A stretch of 64,000 nt of DNA, taken from contig JAHHIK010000031.1 of the NCBI GenBank assembly GCA_019358935.1, forward strand, positions 1 through 64,000, read 5' to 3'. This DNA is from Tolypothrix carrinoi HA7290-LM1 (GTDB lineage Bacteria > Cyanobacteriota > Cyanobacteriia > Cyanobacteriales > Nostocaceae). Position numbers and translations under genes: made by a program. Shown here piece after piece: positions 54,943 through 64,000 of this stretch (its first letter is position 1; every line of letters begins with the position of its first letter). The notes beneath the pieces are model-generated. The model was not told where the DNA came from and ran no database searches. It saw only the letters and a program-made list of their open reading frames with translations.

Positions 54943-56826
54943 ATGGCAACTTACACTGACAATTCCATTAATGAGCTTAATCAATCAGTGACTGGTGATA
55001 GCTTGTCAACTGGTATTAGCAATCCCTTGGCTGTTAATGACAATCTCTTGACTGGCAGCTTGAGTACCTCTTTTTCTGGTAGTAGCAGTCTGTCTGAAAT
55101 TGAAGACAGCAGTAACTCAAGCTTCCAAAATATTGGTGGTAGTAGCAATTCCACAACAGCTATTAAAAGCAACCCTTTTGCTATTGTTGGCAACGTAGTT
55201 GTTGGTAATGGTCAATGGATAACCAGTAATGAAACTACACCAGAGGATGTCTCCTCAGCGCTAACGTTTGCTGTTGACCAATTGCTTGACTCGGTTATTG
55301 TCAAACTGCGTGACAGATTGCCCTTGAGTGATGCTGGCAATGGTTTGAGTGATAGCAATCCGTTTGCTAATGGAAACAACCCTTTTGGTGATGGAAATCA
55401 GCCTTCGGCACCAGGTTTGGATTTATCGAATGTCAGTGGTGAAAACCCGGTTGCAGGTGGCGAGAATCCGTTTGCAAGTGGCGAAAATCTGGTTGTAAGT
55501 GGTGAGAATCCGTTTGCAAGTGGTGAGAATCTGGTTGCAGGTGGTGAGAATCTGGTTGCAGGTGGTGAGAATCTGGTTGCAAGTGGCGAAAATCTGGTTG
55601 CAAGTGGCGAAAATCTGGTTGCAGGTGGTGAGAATCTGGTTGCAGGTGGTGAAAACCCGTTTGCAAGTGGTGAAAATCTAGTTGCAGGTGGTGAGAATCT
55701 GGTTGCAAGTGGTGAGAATCCGTTTGCAAGTGGTGAGAATCCATTTGCAAGTGGTGAGAATCCGTTTGCAAGTGGTGAGAATCCGTTTGCAAGTGGTGAG
55801 AATCCTCAGCAACCATCCTTCGATATCTCAAAATTCATCTTCGGTAACGACGACAAGTTAACATTCTTAACTGGTGATGGCAGTGTGCCTGAGTTATCAT
55901 CCTCGGAGATATTGAAGACTGTCCAAGATAATATCTTAAACGTAACTGAAATTCTCAAATCTGGAAATCTGTTTGCAGAAGGTAACAATACACCTTTGCA
56001 AACACCGTCAGATTTGTTGAAGCTGTTCAGGAATGACATGTTCAGCTTTAACAGCGGTGTCAACGCTGTCAACGAACTTGCTAGTGGTGACAGCTCGTAT
56101 ACTGATGGTAGCAACCCGTTCCTCAGCTTATTTAGTGGTGGCAGTCAAGATAAGGAAATACCGTTTGATATTTTGAATGTCGCTCTGGAAGGAATCTTAC
56201 CCTTCAATGGCAAAGATAACGTATTTTCTACCCCAGAAGGCGAACTACCCATTGGTTATGGCAATCACGACTTCGGGATTGATAACGCAACCATCGGTAA
56301 TGCCAACTGGGATTACGGCAACGCCAACGCAACCATCGGTAATGGCAATTGGCTTTGGGATTCCAGCACTGACAACGCAACCATCGGTAATGGCAACTGG
56401 AATTTAGATGCCTCTCATGACAATACAACCATTGGTAATGGTAACTGGTATTGGAATTCAACTAGTGACAATACAACCTTAGGTAATGGCAATTGGAGTT
56501 TTGGAAATAACAACACAACTCTTGGCAATGGTAACTTTGACTTTGGCAGTAACAATACAGTAATTGGTAGTGGCAACAAAGTCTTCACCAGTAACAGCAT
56601 AGTCATTGGTAATGGTAACTGGTCTTTAGTTATTGACAAATCAAGTGCTGGTGCTAGCGACTTTCTGACTCAGCTAAATACGTGGGTGTCTGTAATGGGA
56701 GTTAAAGATGCTACTGATAACCTGATTGGTTCCGTCATCGGTAAGTTGGGTGAAGCTTTTGAGCCGCTAACAGGCGATCTTAGTGCATCAGGTACTGACA
56801 CATATAACCGATTATTTTTATCTTAA
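54943..56826 (+). CDS. Hypothetical repeat protein: heptad (S/G)GEN(P/L)(F/V)A array plus C-terminal NxTIGNGNW beta-solenoid-like repeats
   Basis: 627-aa ORF with GAGGAG RBS; two distinct repeat domains visible. Confidence 0.82.
   Translation: MATYTDNSINELNQSVTGDSLSTGISNPLAVNDNLLTGSLSTSFSGSSSLSEIEDSSNSSFQNIGGSSNSTTAIKSNPFAIVGNVVVGNGQWITSNETTPEDVSSALTFAVDQLLDSVIVKLRDRLPLSDAGNGLSDSNPFANGNNPFGDGNQPSAPGLDLSNVSGENPVAGGENPFASGENLVVSGENPFASGENLVAGGENLVAGGENLVASGENLVASGENLVAGGENLVAGGENPFASGENLVAGGENLVASGENPFASGENPFASGENPFASGENPFASGENPQQPSFDISKFIFGNDDKLTFLTGDGSVPELSSSEILKTVQDNILNVTEILKSGNLFAEGNNTPLQTPSDLLKLFRNDMFSFNSGVNAVNELASGDSSYTDGSNPFLSLFSGGSQDKEIPFDILNVALEGILPFNGKDNVFSTPEGELPIGYGNHDFGIDNATIGNANWDYGNANATIGNGNWLWDSSTDNATIGNGNWNLDASHDNTTIGNGNWYWNSTSDNTTLGNGNWSFGNNNTTLGNGNFDFGSNNTVIGSGNKVFTSNSIVIGNGNWSLVIDKSSAGASDFLTQLNTWVSVMGVKDATDNLIGSVIGKLGEAFEPLTGDLSASGTDTYNRLFLS
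55435..55806 (+). repeat. 21-bp coding tandem repeat, about 18 units
   Basis: Units such as GCAAGTGGTGAGAATCCGTTT and GCAGGTGGTGAGAATCTGGTT. Confidence 0.93.
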
Positions 56827-56875
56827 GCTTTTGTACTAACGCTGTTTAATCGTTAGCGATCGCAATACTACCCTA

Positions 56876-56909
56876 AAAACCCGGTTTCTTCTGCGAAACC
56901 GGGTTTTTT
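56876..56909 (+). terminator. Hairpin with A/T tails, putative intrinsic terminator
   Basis: AAAAACCCGGTTTC-TTCTGC-GAAACCGGGTTTTTT about 50 bp after the stop codon. Confidence 0.6.
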
Positions 56910-57132
56910 GCAATAGAATCAATCGGATACTATTGGCAGATATTGCGATCGCCTGATTATATATTCTCACAGGAGGGGCGATACCTTCTGGAGCGAGACG
57001 CTCCTTCGCGTTCGGTGGGCTACAAAAAACGCACTACACCTAAATTATCAGCGATCGCTGTTCGCGTTAGCCTTAAGTAATGAGAAAATTATCTTAAATT
57101 AGAATAGTAGTGATTACAGGAATAACCATACA

Positions 57133-57408
57133 ATGAAGATTAGAGGAATCAAACGTGGTCAAACTATTGAATTATTAGAGCAAATTCACAGTATTCCTGA
57201 TGGAGCAGAAATAATCGTTAATCTAGAACTTCCTCCTACTGAACCTGTGGAGGCAAAACTACATTTAACAGATGAAGAAAGACTAGCAAAATTGAATCAA
57301 TTATTTGGAGTTTGGCAAGACCAACCAGAGTTAATAGACATCTTTGCTGAAATTGACCAGCAGCGTCATACTTACCAAGGAAGGGTGATAGACTCAATAG
57401 ATGAATAG
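57133..57408 (+). CDS. Putative antitoxin of adjacent VapC
   Basis: 91-aa ORF 11 bp upstream of the PIN toxin (MKIRGIKRGQTIELLE...LFGVWQD). Confidence 0.72.
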   Translation: MKIRGIKRGQTIELLEQIHSIPDGAEIIVNLELPPTEPVEAKLHLTDEERLAKLNQLFGVWQDQPELIDIFAEIDQQRHTYQGRVIDSIDE

Positions 57409-57419
57409 GAAAAACACTA

Positions 57420-57812
57420 ATGTATCTCCTAGATACTAACATTTGCATTGCACTGCTTAACGGCAATCCCAAACTAGTACCTATATTTAATCGCTATTTT
57501 AGCCAATGCTATCTCTCTACAATAGTAGTTTCAGAACTTTACAAAGGTGTTTACTGTTCTAAACAAGTTGAAAAAAATTTAGAAACACTAGCACAACTAA
57601 CTGAACTATTACCCATTGAGCCATTTGATATAGATGCTGCCAGAGAATTTGGTAAAATCCAAGGTGAATTGAGGCAAATTGGTAGACCAACAGGAGAAGT
57701 AGATGCACTAATTGCTGCCGTTGTCCGTTCTCGTAAAGATATTTTGGTTACGAACAATATCAAAGATTTTGAAAATATACCTAATTTGCAATTAGAGAAC
57801 TGGTTAGAGTAG
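57420..57812 (+). CDS. vapC: PIN-domain VapC toxin
   Basis: YLLDTNICI, SELYKG, DALIAA, LVTNNIKDF, LENW. Confidence 0.92.
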   Translation: MYLLDTNICIALLNGNPKLVPIFNRYFSQCYLSTIVVSELYKGVYCSKQVEKNLETLAQLTELLPIEPFDIDAAREFGKIQGELRQIGRPTGEVDALIAAVVRSRKDILVTNNIKDFENIPNLQLENWLE

Positions 57813-57933
57813 TAAAAAGGCTGTATGAGTATTTCTGCAAGTGAGCGATCGCTCTTATTTATACACTACCAGGAAAAACGATGTCACTACACCTAAATTA
57901 TGAGCGATCGCTTGATTATATATTCTCACAAAA

Positions 57934-58042
57934 GGGGCATTGGGCATCGGGCATCGGGCATCGGGCATCGGGCATGGAAATCTGAAACTTCTTTTTCTTC
58001 CCCTTTCCCATTGCCCATTGCCCATTGCCCAATTCCCAATTG
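57934..58042. repeat. Inverted STRR arrays (GGGCATC)n / (TGCCCAT)n
   Basis: Directly visible. Confidence 0.8.
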
Positions 58043-61000
58043 CTATTGGCAGATATTACGATCGCCTGTATTAATGGGGTTAGTCGTCAGATAATCGTGC
58101 AAGCGATCGCATCCACGCTTTAATAATTGCGACAAATTCAATGTTTGCAGTTCTATCCCCGTCAACTGCCAAATTTTTACTGTTTTATCTTGACTTGCCG
58201 AAACAATCATCTTACCATCTAAACTAAAATTAACACTTCTGACATCACCAGTGTGTCCTTGGAAACTTCTCAGCAACATACCGCTGTGTACACTCCAGAG
58301 TTTGATGGTGTCGTCATCACTAGCTGAAGCAATCATTTGACCGTCAGGAGAAAAACTCAAATTATTAACCGCATCAGTATGTCCGGTTAAGTTTTGCAAC
58401 AAGCTACCGTCACGACTCCAGAGTTTGACTGTACCATCCTGACTGCCAGAAGCTATTATGTTACCATCCGGGCTGAAAGTTAAAGCCCAAACACTAGCAT
58501 TATGTCCATTAAGAGTTTTCAACAAACGACCGTCGCGACTCCAAAGTTTGATAAAATTGTCAGCACTGGTTGATGCTAACAACTTACCATCTGGGCTAAA
58601 TTCAACATTAGTCACCCAACCGTTATGCCCCTTGAGAGTATTTAGCAAGCGACCGTCAATACTCCAGAGTTTAACAGTTTTGTCAGTACTGGCAGAAGCG
58701 AGGATTTTCGCATCAGGACTGAAGCTCATATTAATTATCCAATCAGTATGTCCCTTCAAGATGCGAAGCAAAGAGCCATCACGTTTCCGCAGTTGAATAG
58801 TATTATCAGCACTCGCTGTCGCAACCGTGTTTTCGTCTGGGGTAAAGCTAATGCTGGTAATATCGTTAATCGGGGAAGAGATAGATTTTAGCAGCTTGCC
58901 CTCTAAACTCCAGAATTTCATCGTTTTATCGTTGCTGACCGAGAAAACGGTATTACCATTCGGATTAAACCAAGCGCTATTCACACTATCGAGATGTCCA
59001 AAAAGAGTTTTTGGCGCATTGATATCAAGGTTCCAAAGTCTTATGGTATAATCATCGCTAGCGGAAGCAAGTAGTTGACCGTCTGAACTAAAACTAACGC
59101 TACTGACTACATGGTTATGTCCCTGTAAAGTCCCCAACAATTGACCATCCAAGCTCCAAAGTTTGATAGTTTTATCAGTACTCGCCGAAGCGATGATTTT
59201 ACCGTTAGGTGAAAAACTAACGCTTTTAACATCGCTGTTATGTCCAGTTAGCGTATTAAGTAAGCGACCGTCACGACTCCACAGTTTTACGGTATTATCA
59301 GCACTAGCGGAAGCAATTGTTTGTCCATCTTTTGACCAAGCGACACTCAAAACCTCATCGGTATGTCCGCTCAGAGTTTTCAGCAAGCGACCATCCAAAC
59401 TCCACAGTTTAATTGTGCGATCGTCGCTACCAGAAGCGATAATATCACCTTGAGGTGAAAAAGTAACGCTATCTACACCTTGGCTGTGTCCGGTGAGAGT
59501 CTTCAGTAAATTGCCGTCAACACTCCAAACTTTGATAGTATCATCATCGCTAGCGGAAACAATCATTTGACCGTCAGGGGAGAAAGCAACGCTATTAACT
59601 CCATCATTATGTCCGGAAAGTGTTTTCAGCAACTTGCCATCCCGACTCCAAAGTTTGATAGTTGCATCAGTACCTGCCGAAGCAATAATTTGACCATCAG
59701 GAGAGAAACTCACACTATTGACTCCATCGCTATGTCCGCGTAAAGTGTGAAGTAACTTGCCATCACGCTTCCAAAGTTTGATAGTTGTATCAGTACTTGC
59801 TGAAGCTAGCATTTGTCCATCGGGAGAGAAACTGACACTACTCACCCAAGAATTATGTCCTATCAAACGGTTGCGTTCTTGAGTTTGATCGATCGCCTGT
59901 TGTAAAGTAGTTGCAGTTGCAGTTTTAATCTGTTTTGTAATCTCAGGATACATCACCTGACTGAAAAACATCATCCTCTGTAACTCTTGCCCTGCCTTAA
60001 CACTAGTTGATAGTGCTTCTAGTTGTTTATGCGAGAAAAGAAAGTTTTCTGACAAAGAATTTAAAGCTTGTATTTCTCGCAACTGCGCTTTTTGACTTTG
60101 CTGATAAGCTAAACCTGCAAAAGAGAAAGCAGCTATTCCCAAGATACTGATAACAGTTACAGCTTTTTGCGCTTGTTTGAGTCTGCGTTTTTCTTGCAGT
60201 TGTTGTCGTTGTCTTTCTTCCAGACAAGCAGCAATAAATCGTTGAACATCAAAAGATAGTTCCTCAGTGTAATTGATATAAATATCTTCCGCTTCAGCCA
60301 AACGCACACCCTGTAACAAAAAATCAGCTTGTTCACCCCCATGTTTCCATAGCTGTGCAGCTTGCTCAATTTGACGTTGCGATCGCAATCTACCACGATT
60401 TTCCTCCAACCACCATCGCAAAGTAGACCAATAGCGAATCAGCACCTCATGAGCAACTTCTATCGTCACAGAAGAGGAGGGGGGGAGGGGGGATGGGGGA
60501 GAGGGGGGAGAGGGGGGGGACAAGGGAGAGGGGGAGGACAAGGGAGAAATTTTTCTCAGGAGTGCCCCTTGTCCCCCTTGTCCCCCTTGTCCCCCTTGTC
60601 CCCCTTGTCCCCCTTGTCCCCCCTTCCCCCCTTCCCCCCCTCTCCCTCCCTCTTCCAAATTCACCACTACCAGCTTTGCAGCAGTTAACGCTGCCAGTGT
60701 CTTTTCTACCAATGGTGCCGGATATTTTTTGACAATTAACTCTGATTTATACACCCGTCGGCGAGTATCTTCCGTACCTTCACCTAACTGCGTCAGCGAG
60801 AGAAAAATCCAACGAGCGCATTCTTGAGCTTCAGCGTCTAAACTGTCGTAAACAGCTTGCGCTTTACTTTCCAGCGCTCCTTTAATTCCACCCAAGTGCT
60901 GCTGATAAGCTTGTAAAGTTAACTTACCTGCAACTCGATGTTCCCACAACTGCTCTAAAACGAATTCTAAAAGCGGTAAATCTCCGGGTGAGCGGTGTAA

Positions 61001-63298
61001 CTCTCGCAACAGCACTTCAACTAACACTGGCTCAACTGTTAAACCGACTTGTTCGGCAGGGTTAATTATAACGTGGCGATATTCCTCCTCACTTAAACAA
61101 GGCGGTACGAGAATGCTAGACTGCTGCAAAAGCTGCGCTAATTTCGGTATTTCCAAACAAGGTGCGATAAAATCTGCCCGCAGAGTGATGACTATTTTAA
61201 GCTTACCTTCGCTTAATTCCAACGCCTGCAAGATAAGTTCTAAAAAGCGCTGTCTGTCAGCAGCTTGGGCAAGGGTGAATAATTCCTCAAACTGGTCTAT
61301 AACTAAAATAATGGTTGGTTCTGGTCGGTTACTTAGCCAGTGAGCGAATCCTTGTCCCCCTTGATACAACATTTTCTCTAGTTGTATTTGCTGGTAAGCT
61401 TTTTCTTTCTCAGTACCGCTATCTACCAAGCGTCGCGATAAAGCTAAGAGCGGATTTGCACCAGGACGAAAGCTTTTAATCCACCATTCTTCGCTACCAG
61501 GTAATTGTTTACCGCACCGCAGTTGAGCGATTAATCCCGCTTGCACAACCGAAGATTTACCGCTACCAGAGGCACCAACTACGGCAAGAAATGACTTACT
61601 TGCCAAGTGATGCAGAAGTTGCTGCGTCAAAGGTTCTCTGCCGTAGAAATACTGAGCATCTTCCGGAGTAAAAGCTCTTAATCCTCGGTAAGGGCAAAGT
61701 CCTAAATCAATTCCTTCCGTTAACTTGATATCTCTTATACCAGTTATAGCAGGTATTATTTCGATAACGCCTTGAATCCCGGATACCCAAATGTGCAATG
61801 GTAATGTATTTGAACAAGATAGTTGCAATTGAGTAATCCAACTAGCTACGGATAAACTATTTTGCTGTTGGGCAGCTTTCAGGGTATCGTGGAGAACTTG
61901 GACGAATTGTTCGGGATTGTATGACGGGGAAGCAGCAGCAATGATACACTGTCCTTGTTCGGAACTTAGCTGCAAGTCTTCTAGCCAATCTTGTAATGAG
62001 ACTTGTTGCGTTTGGTCACAAAGACAATCTAAGATGATAATTTGTTGAGTGTAAGGCGATCGCCTGAGTTGTTGTCTTAACCAAGAGCGACTCAATTGAA
62101 TATCCGACCCCACTACCAACACAGCTTCCCCCGCTTCAGTTTCCTTTATTCTTCCACGCAGATATAATAAAACTGTTGCGTCATGTTCTAAATTTTGAGA
62201 ATCTTGCTTTTTCTGCAAGCAATTCTGCATCGCTTCTTGAATATATGAAGCAGTTATTTTATCAGCTTGTGGCAAATACTTTAACTCAAAGCCACCAACA
62301 CCGCGCAATAATTTACAAAAATCGAGAGTCGTCTTATTAGTCGTCAGTCCCTCAACAATCAGCGCTTGTCGCAAAGAGGAAGATTCTACAACTCCTGATT
62401 TTAAGCCAAGAACAATTTCCCCAACTCCTTCAACAATCCGCTTCGGAGTTTGCAAAGGATATTCTGAATAAAGTCTAGTTTCTCCCCTACCTCTTTTTTG
62501 CTGATTAATCAGTCGCAGTTGTTGATTAGTTTGCTCAATGTATTGCTGCGTCTGATGATAAATATATCGATAAAGACCGTCCGCTTCAATCAAACCGCGT
62601 CCATCAGCAGCTTCACCTCGCAACCCCCGCATTAAATAATAAGTAAAGACTCCGTGTCCTAATTCCGGAAATTCCCAAGATTGCTGATCTGTGTCACAAG
62701 AAAGCAACGCATAAAATCCTTTGCTCTTTTTCGCTTTTTGCCGCAACAAGTCTACCATTTGCGGTGTCAGGTTTTCGCGGTTTGGTATTTCTCCTTTTGC
62801 TCCCTTGAGTGACATACTACCGCTATGACAAGCATCCAACAATACCAACTGAGTCTGCGCTCCACTATGTCCCAATAAATGTAATAATTCCTGTAATCCT
62901 AAACCTGTATTCAGTAAATTATCGATTTGCGTATCTGCCAGACACAAAACTACCTGCCCAGAGTTTGACTCTAGCATCCCGTGTCCAGAAAAATAAAATA
63001 AAATCGTGTCTTGTGGTTGAGCCGTAGCAGCAATTTGTTTTAAAGTAGTACGAATATTTGTTAGTGTCGGCAACTGTGATGAAAAATCGTGGTGAGTCCA
63101 CACCTCAGTCTGCGGAAAAGCTTGAGTTGCATCAGCTAAAGCTTCTGCTAAACCCTGACAATCAACCGCTGAATAGCGCAAAGACGGCAATCGTTCATCT
63201 TGGTATTGGTTTACACCTACTAACACCAACCAAAGTTTTGCGTGTCCGGTTTCTAAAGCATAAGTTGAGCGACTAGTAGCAACGCCTAATGGAGACAT
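58043..63298 (-). CDS. Caspase-family (C14) peptidase - STAND NTPase - TM - WD40 repeat protein
   Basis: FYFSGHG and LLDACHSG catalytic dyad; CPYRGLRAF...YFYGRE; Walker A GASGSGKS; Walker [18 protein letters not shown]; one hydrophobic helix; about 14 WD40 repeats. Confidence 0.93.
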   Translation of the reverse strand: MSPLGVATSRSTYALETGHAKLWLVLVGVNQYQDERLPSLRYSAVDCQGLAEALADATQAFPQTEVWTHHDFSSQLPTLTNIRTTLKQIAATAQPQDTILFYFSGHGMLESNSGQVVLCLADTQIDNLLNTGLGLQELLHLLGHSGAQTQLVLLDACHSGSMSLKGAKGEIPNRENLTPQMVDLLRQKAKKSKGFYALLSCDTDQQSWEFPELGHGVFTYYLMRGLRGEAADGRGLIEADGLYRYIYHQTQQYIEQTNQQLRLINQQKRGRGETRLYSEYPLQTPKRIVEGVGEIVLGLKSGVVESSSLRQALIVEGLTTNKTTLDFCKLLRGVGGFELKYLPQADKITASYIQEAMQNCLQKKQDSQNLEHDATVLLYLRGRIKETEAGEAVLVVGSDIQLSRSWLRQQLRRSPYTQQIIILDCLCDQTQQVSLQDWLEDLQLSSEQGQCIIAAASPSYNPEQFVQVLHDTLKAAQQQNSLSVASWITQLQLSCSNTLPLHIWVSGIQGVIEIIPAITGIRDIKLTEGIDLGLCPYRGLRAFTPEDAQYFYGREPLTQQLLHHLASKSFLAVVGASGSGKSSVVQAGLIAQLRCGKQLPGSEEWWIKSFRPGANPLLALSRRLVDSGTEKEKAYQQIQLEKMLYQGGQGFAHWLSNRPEPTIILVIDQFEELFTLAQAADRQRFLELILQALELSEGKLKIVITLRADFIAPCLEIPKLAQLLQQSSILVPPCLSEEEYRHVIINPAEQVGLTVEPVLVEVLLRELHRSPGDLPLLEFVLEQLWEHRVAGKLTLQAYQQHLGGIKGALESKAQAVYDSLDAEAQECARWIFLSLTQLGEGTEDTRRRVYKSELIVKKYPAPLVEKTLAALTAAKLVVVNLEEGGRGGEGGKGGQGGQGGQGGQGGQGGQGALLRKISPLSSPSPLSPPSPPSPPSPLPPSSSVTIEVAHEVLIRYWSTLRWWLEENRGRLRSQRQIEQAAQLWKHGGEQADFLLQGVRLAEAEDIYINYTEELSFDVQRFIAACLEERQRQQLQEKRRLKQAQKAVTVISILGIAAFSFAGLAYQQSQKAQLREIQALNSLSENFLFSHKQLEALSTSVKAGQELQRMMFFSQVMYPEITKQIKTATATTLQQAIDQTQERNRLIGHNSWVSSVSFSPDGQMLASASTDTTIKLWKRDGKLLHTLRGHSDGVNSVSFSPDGQIIASAGTDATIKLWSRDGKLLKTLSGHNDGVNSVAFSPDGQMIVSASDDDTIKVWSVDGNLLKTLTGHSQGVDSVTFSPQGDIIASGSDDRTIKLWSLDGRLLKTLSGHTDEVLSVAWSKDGQTIASASADNTVKLWSRDGRLLNTLTGHNSDVKSVSFSPNGKIIASASTDKTIKLWSLDGQLLGTLQGHNHVVSSVSFSSDGQLLASASDDYTIRLWNLDINAPKTLFGHLDSVNSAWFNPNGNTVFSVSNDKTMKFWSLEGKLLKSISSPINDITSISFTPDENTVATASADNTIQLRKRDGSLLRILKGHTDWIINMSFSPDAKILASASTDKTVKLWSIDGRLLNTLKGHNGWVTNVEFSPDGKLLASTSADNFIKLWSRDGRLLKTLNGHNASVWALTFSPDGNIIASGSQDGTVKLWSRDGSLLQNLTGHTDAVNNLSFSPDGQMIASASDDDTIKLWSVHSGMLLRSFQGHTGDVRSVNFSLDGKMIVSASQDKTVKIWQLTGIELQTLNLSQLLKRGCDRLHDYLTTNPINTGDRNICQ
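60475..60655. repeat. In-frame inverted GGGGACAAG/CTTGTCCCC array inside the caspase-WD40 gene
   Basis: Encodes GGRGGEGGK(GGQ)n...[17 protein letters not shown]. Confidence 0.88.
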
Positions 63299-63829
63299 TT
63301 TTTTAAATTACGATATAGGTAATAGCAACCAATCTCGAAAATATACGGTAAAATTTTATGTTTATATAAATACTGATTATTTAATAAGAGTCAAGTTTTT
63401 CTAGGTTGGCTGCTACGAGTTTATGCATTCTTGTTGAAGGATATATCCGGAAAAGTTTACAAATCTATATACTTAAGTAGAGAAAAATTAAGGTTTTATG
63501 AAAAAATCCGCTAAATCAGGCTATGAGTAAACGTATTATGATAGAATTTGGTACACGTAATTAGTTATAAAATAGGCGTTGCATATTAACGGACAGGATA
63601 CGTACCCCACAAAACTTTTAGTATTGTTGTGAGGTGTGCCGGAAAACCCGCCCTATTTTACATTTATTAATGTCCTTAAGCAAATTGATATTTTTATAGG
63701 AATGAGCGCTTTTCCTAAAGTCTTGTAGGGGACTCTTCATGAAGGGTCTCCTACGTAAATTCAAGCTTTGACGACATGAGTGCGTAAGTCCTATTTTAAT
63801 TACCAACACCCTTAGTTTTGAGATATCCT

Positions 63830-63985
63830 CTAAAAATCGGTACGTGCTTTCAGGAAGTTGTAAACAGCAAGAGCAATTGCCAGAAGTAACAGTGCATGAA
63901 TTAGACTGCCTGCAATATGAAATGCTAATCCCAATGCCCAAAAGACGACAAGTATAACTACAATGCCCCAAAGTAAACCAAGCAT
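63830..63985 (-). CDS. Small two-helix membrane protein (lmo0937/DUF5670-like), 51 aa, absent from the ORF track
   Basis: Manual translation: MLGLLWGIVVILVVFWALGLAFHIAGSLIHALLLLAIALAVYNFLKARTDF*. Confidence 0.8.
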   Translation of the reverse strand: MLGLLWGIVVILVVFWALGLAFHIAGSLIHALLLLAIALAVYNFLKARTDF

Positions 63986-64000
63986 AATTTTTACTATTAA

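Noticed and set aside
55435..55806. CRISPR array
   Set aside because: Contiguous 21-bp units without unique spacers, in frame within a CDS, and no cas genes in the window.
56945..57930. HIP1-spaced units as a mini-CRISPR
   Set aside because: The repeat is only the 8-bp HIP1 and the spacers recur rather than being unique.
63618..63971. 117-aa Cys-rich ORF from the track
   Set aside because: A non-ATG out-of-frame overlap of the more convincing 51-aa membrane protein; it also runs through REP-like repeats.

Overview
Chromosomal DNA from a cyanobacterium, probably a filamentous Nostocales member (frequent HIP1 GCGATCGC, abundant 7-9 bp tandem repeats). Bases 1-3679 hold a nested mobile stack: an intact RT/maturase/HNH group II intron (411-3013) lies inside a decayed tnpB of a tnpA-less IS200/IS605-family element, which interrupts a filamentous-haemagglutinin (TPS-like) gene. 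Next come a second intact haemagglutinin-like gene, an orphan secreted protein, a GerMN-like lipoprotein, a multi-PAS kinase, a Uma2 nuclease, rsmA, ispE and two DUF genes. The centre (about 19.7-53.2 kb) is a scytonemin sunscreen locus: a divergent two-component pair, scyABCDEF, eboABC, glycosyltransferase, tyrA, dsbA, aroB-like eboD, eboEF, trpE(G), trpC, an extra MDR oxidoreductase, trpA, trpB, trpD and a DAHP synthase. A decayed toxin-antitoxin pair and a MITE are inserted within it. Downstream are two unexplained Gly/Asn/Ser-rich repeat proteins, a vapBC islet bounded by a 26-bp duplication and HIP1-spaced repeats, a caspase-STAND-TM-WD40 protein, and a 51-aa membrane protein missed by the ORF track. 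All family calls come from motif recognition by eye, not database searches. Single-base frameshifts could be sequencing errors.
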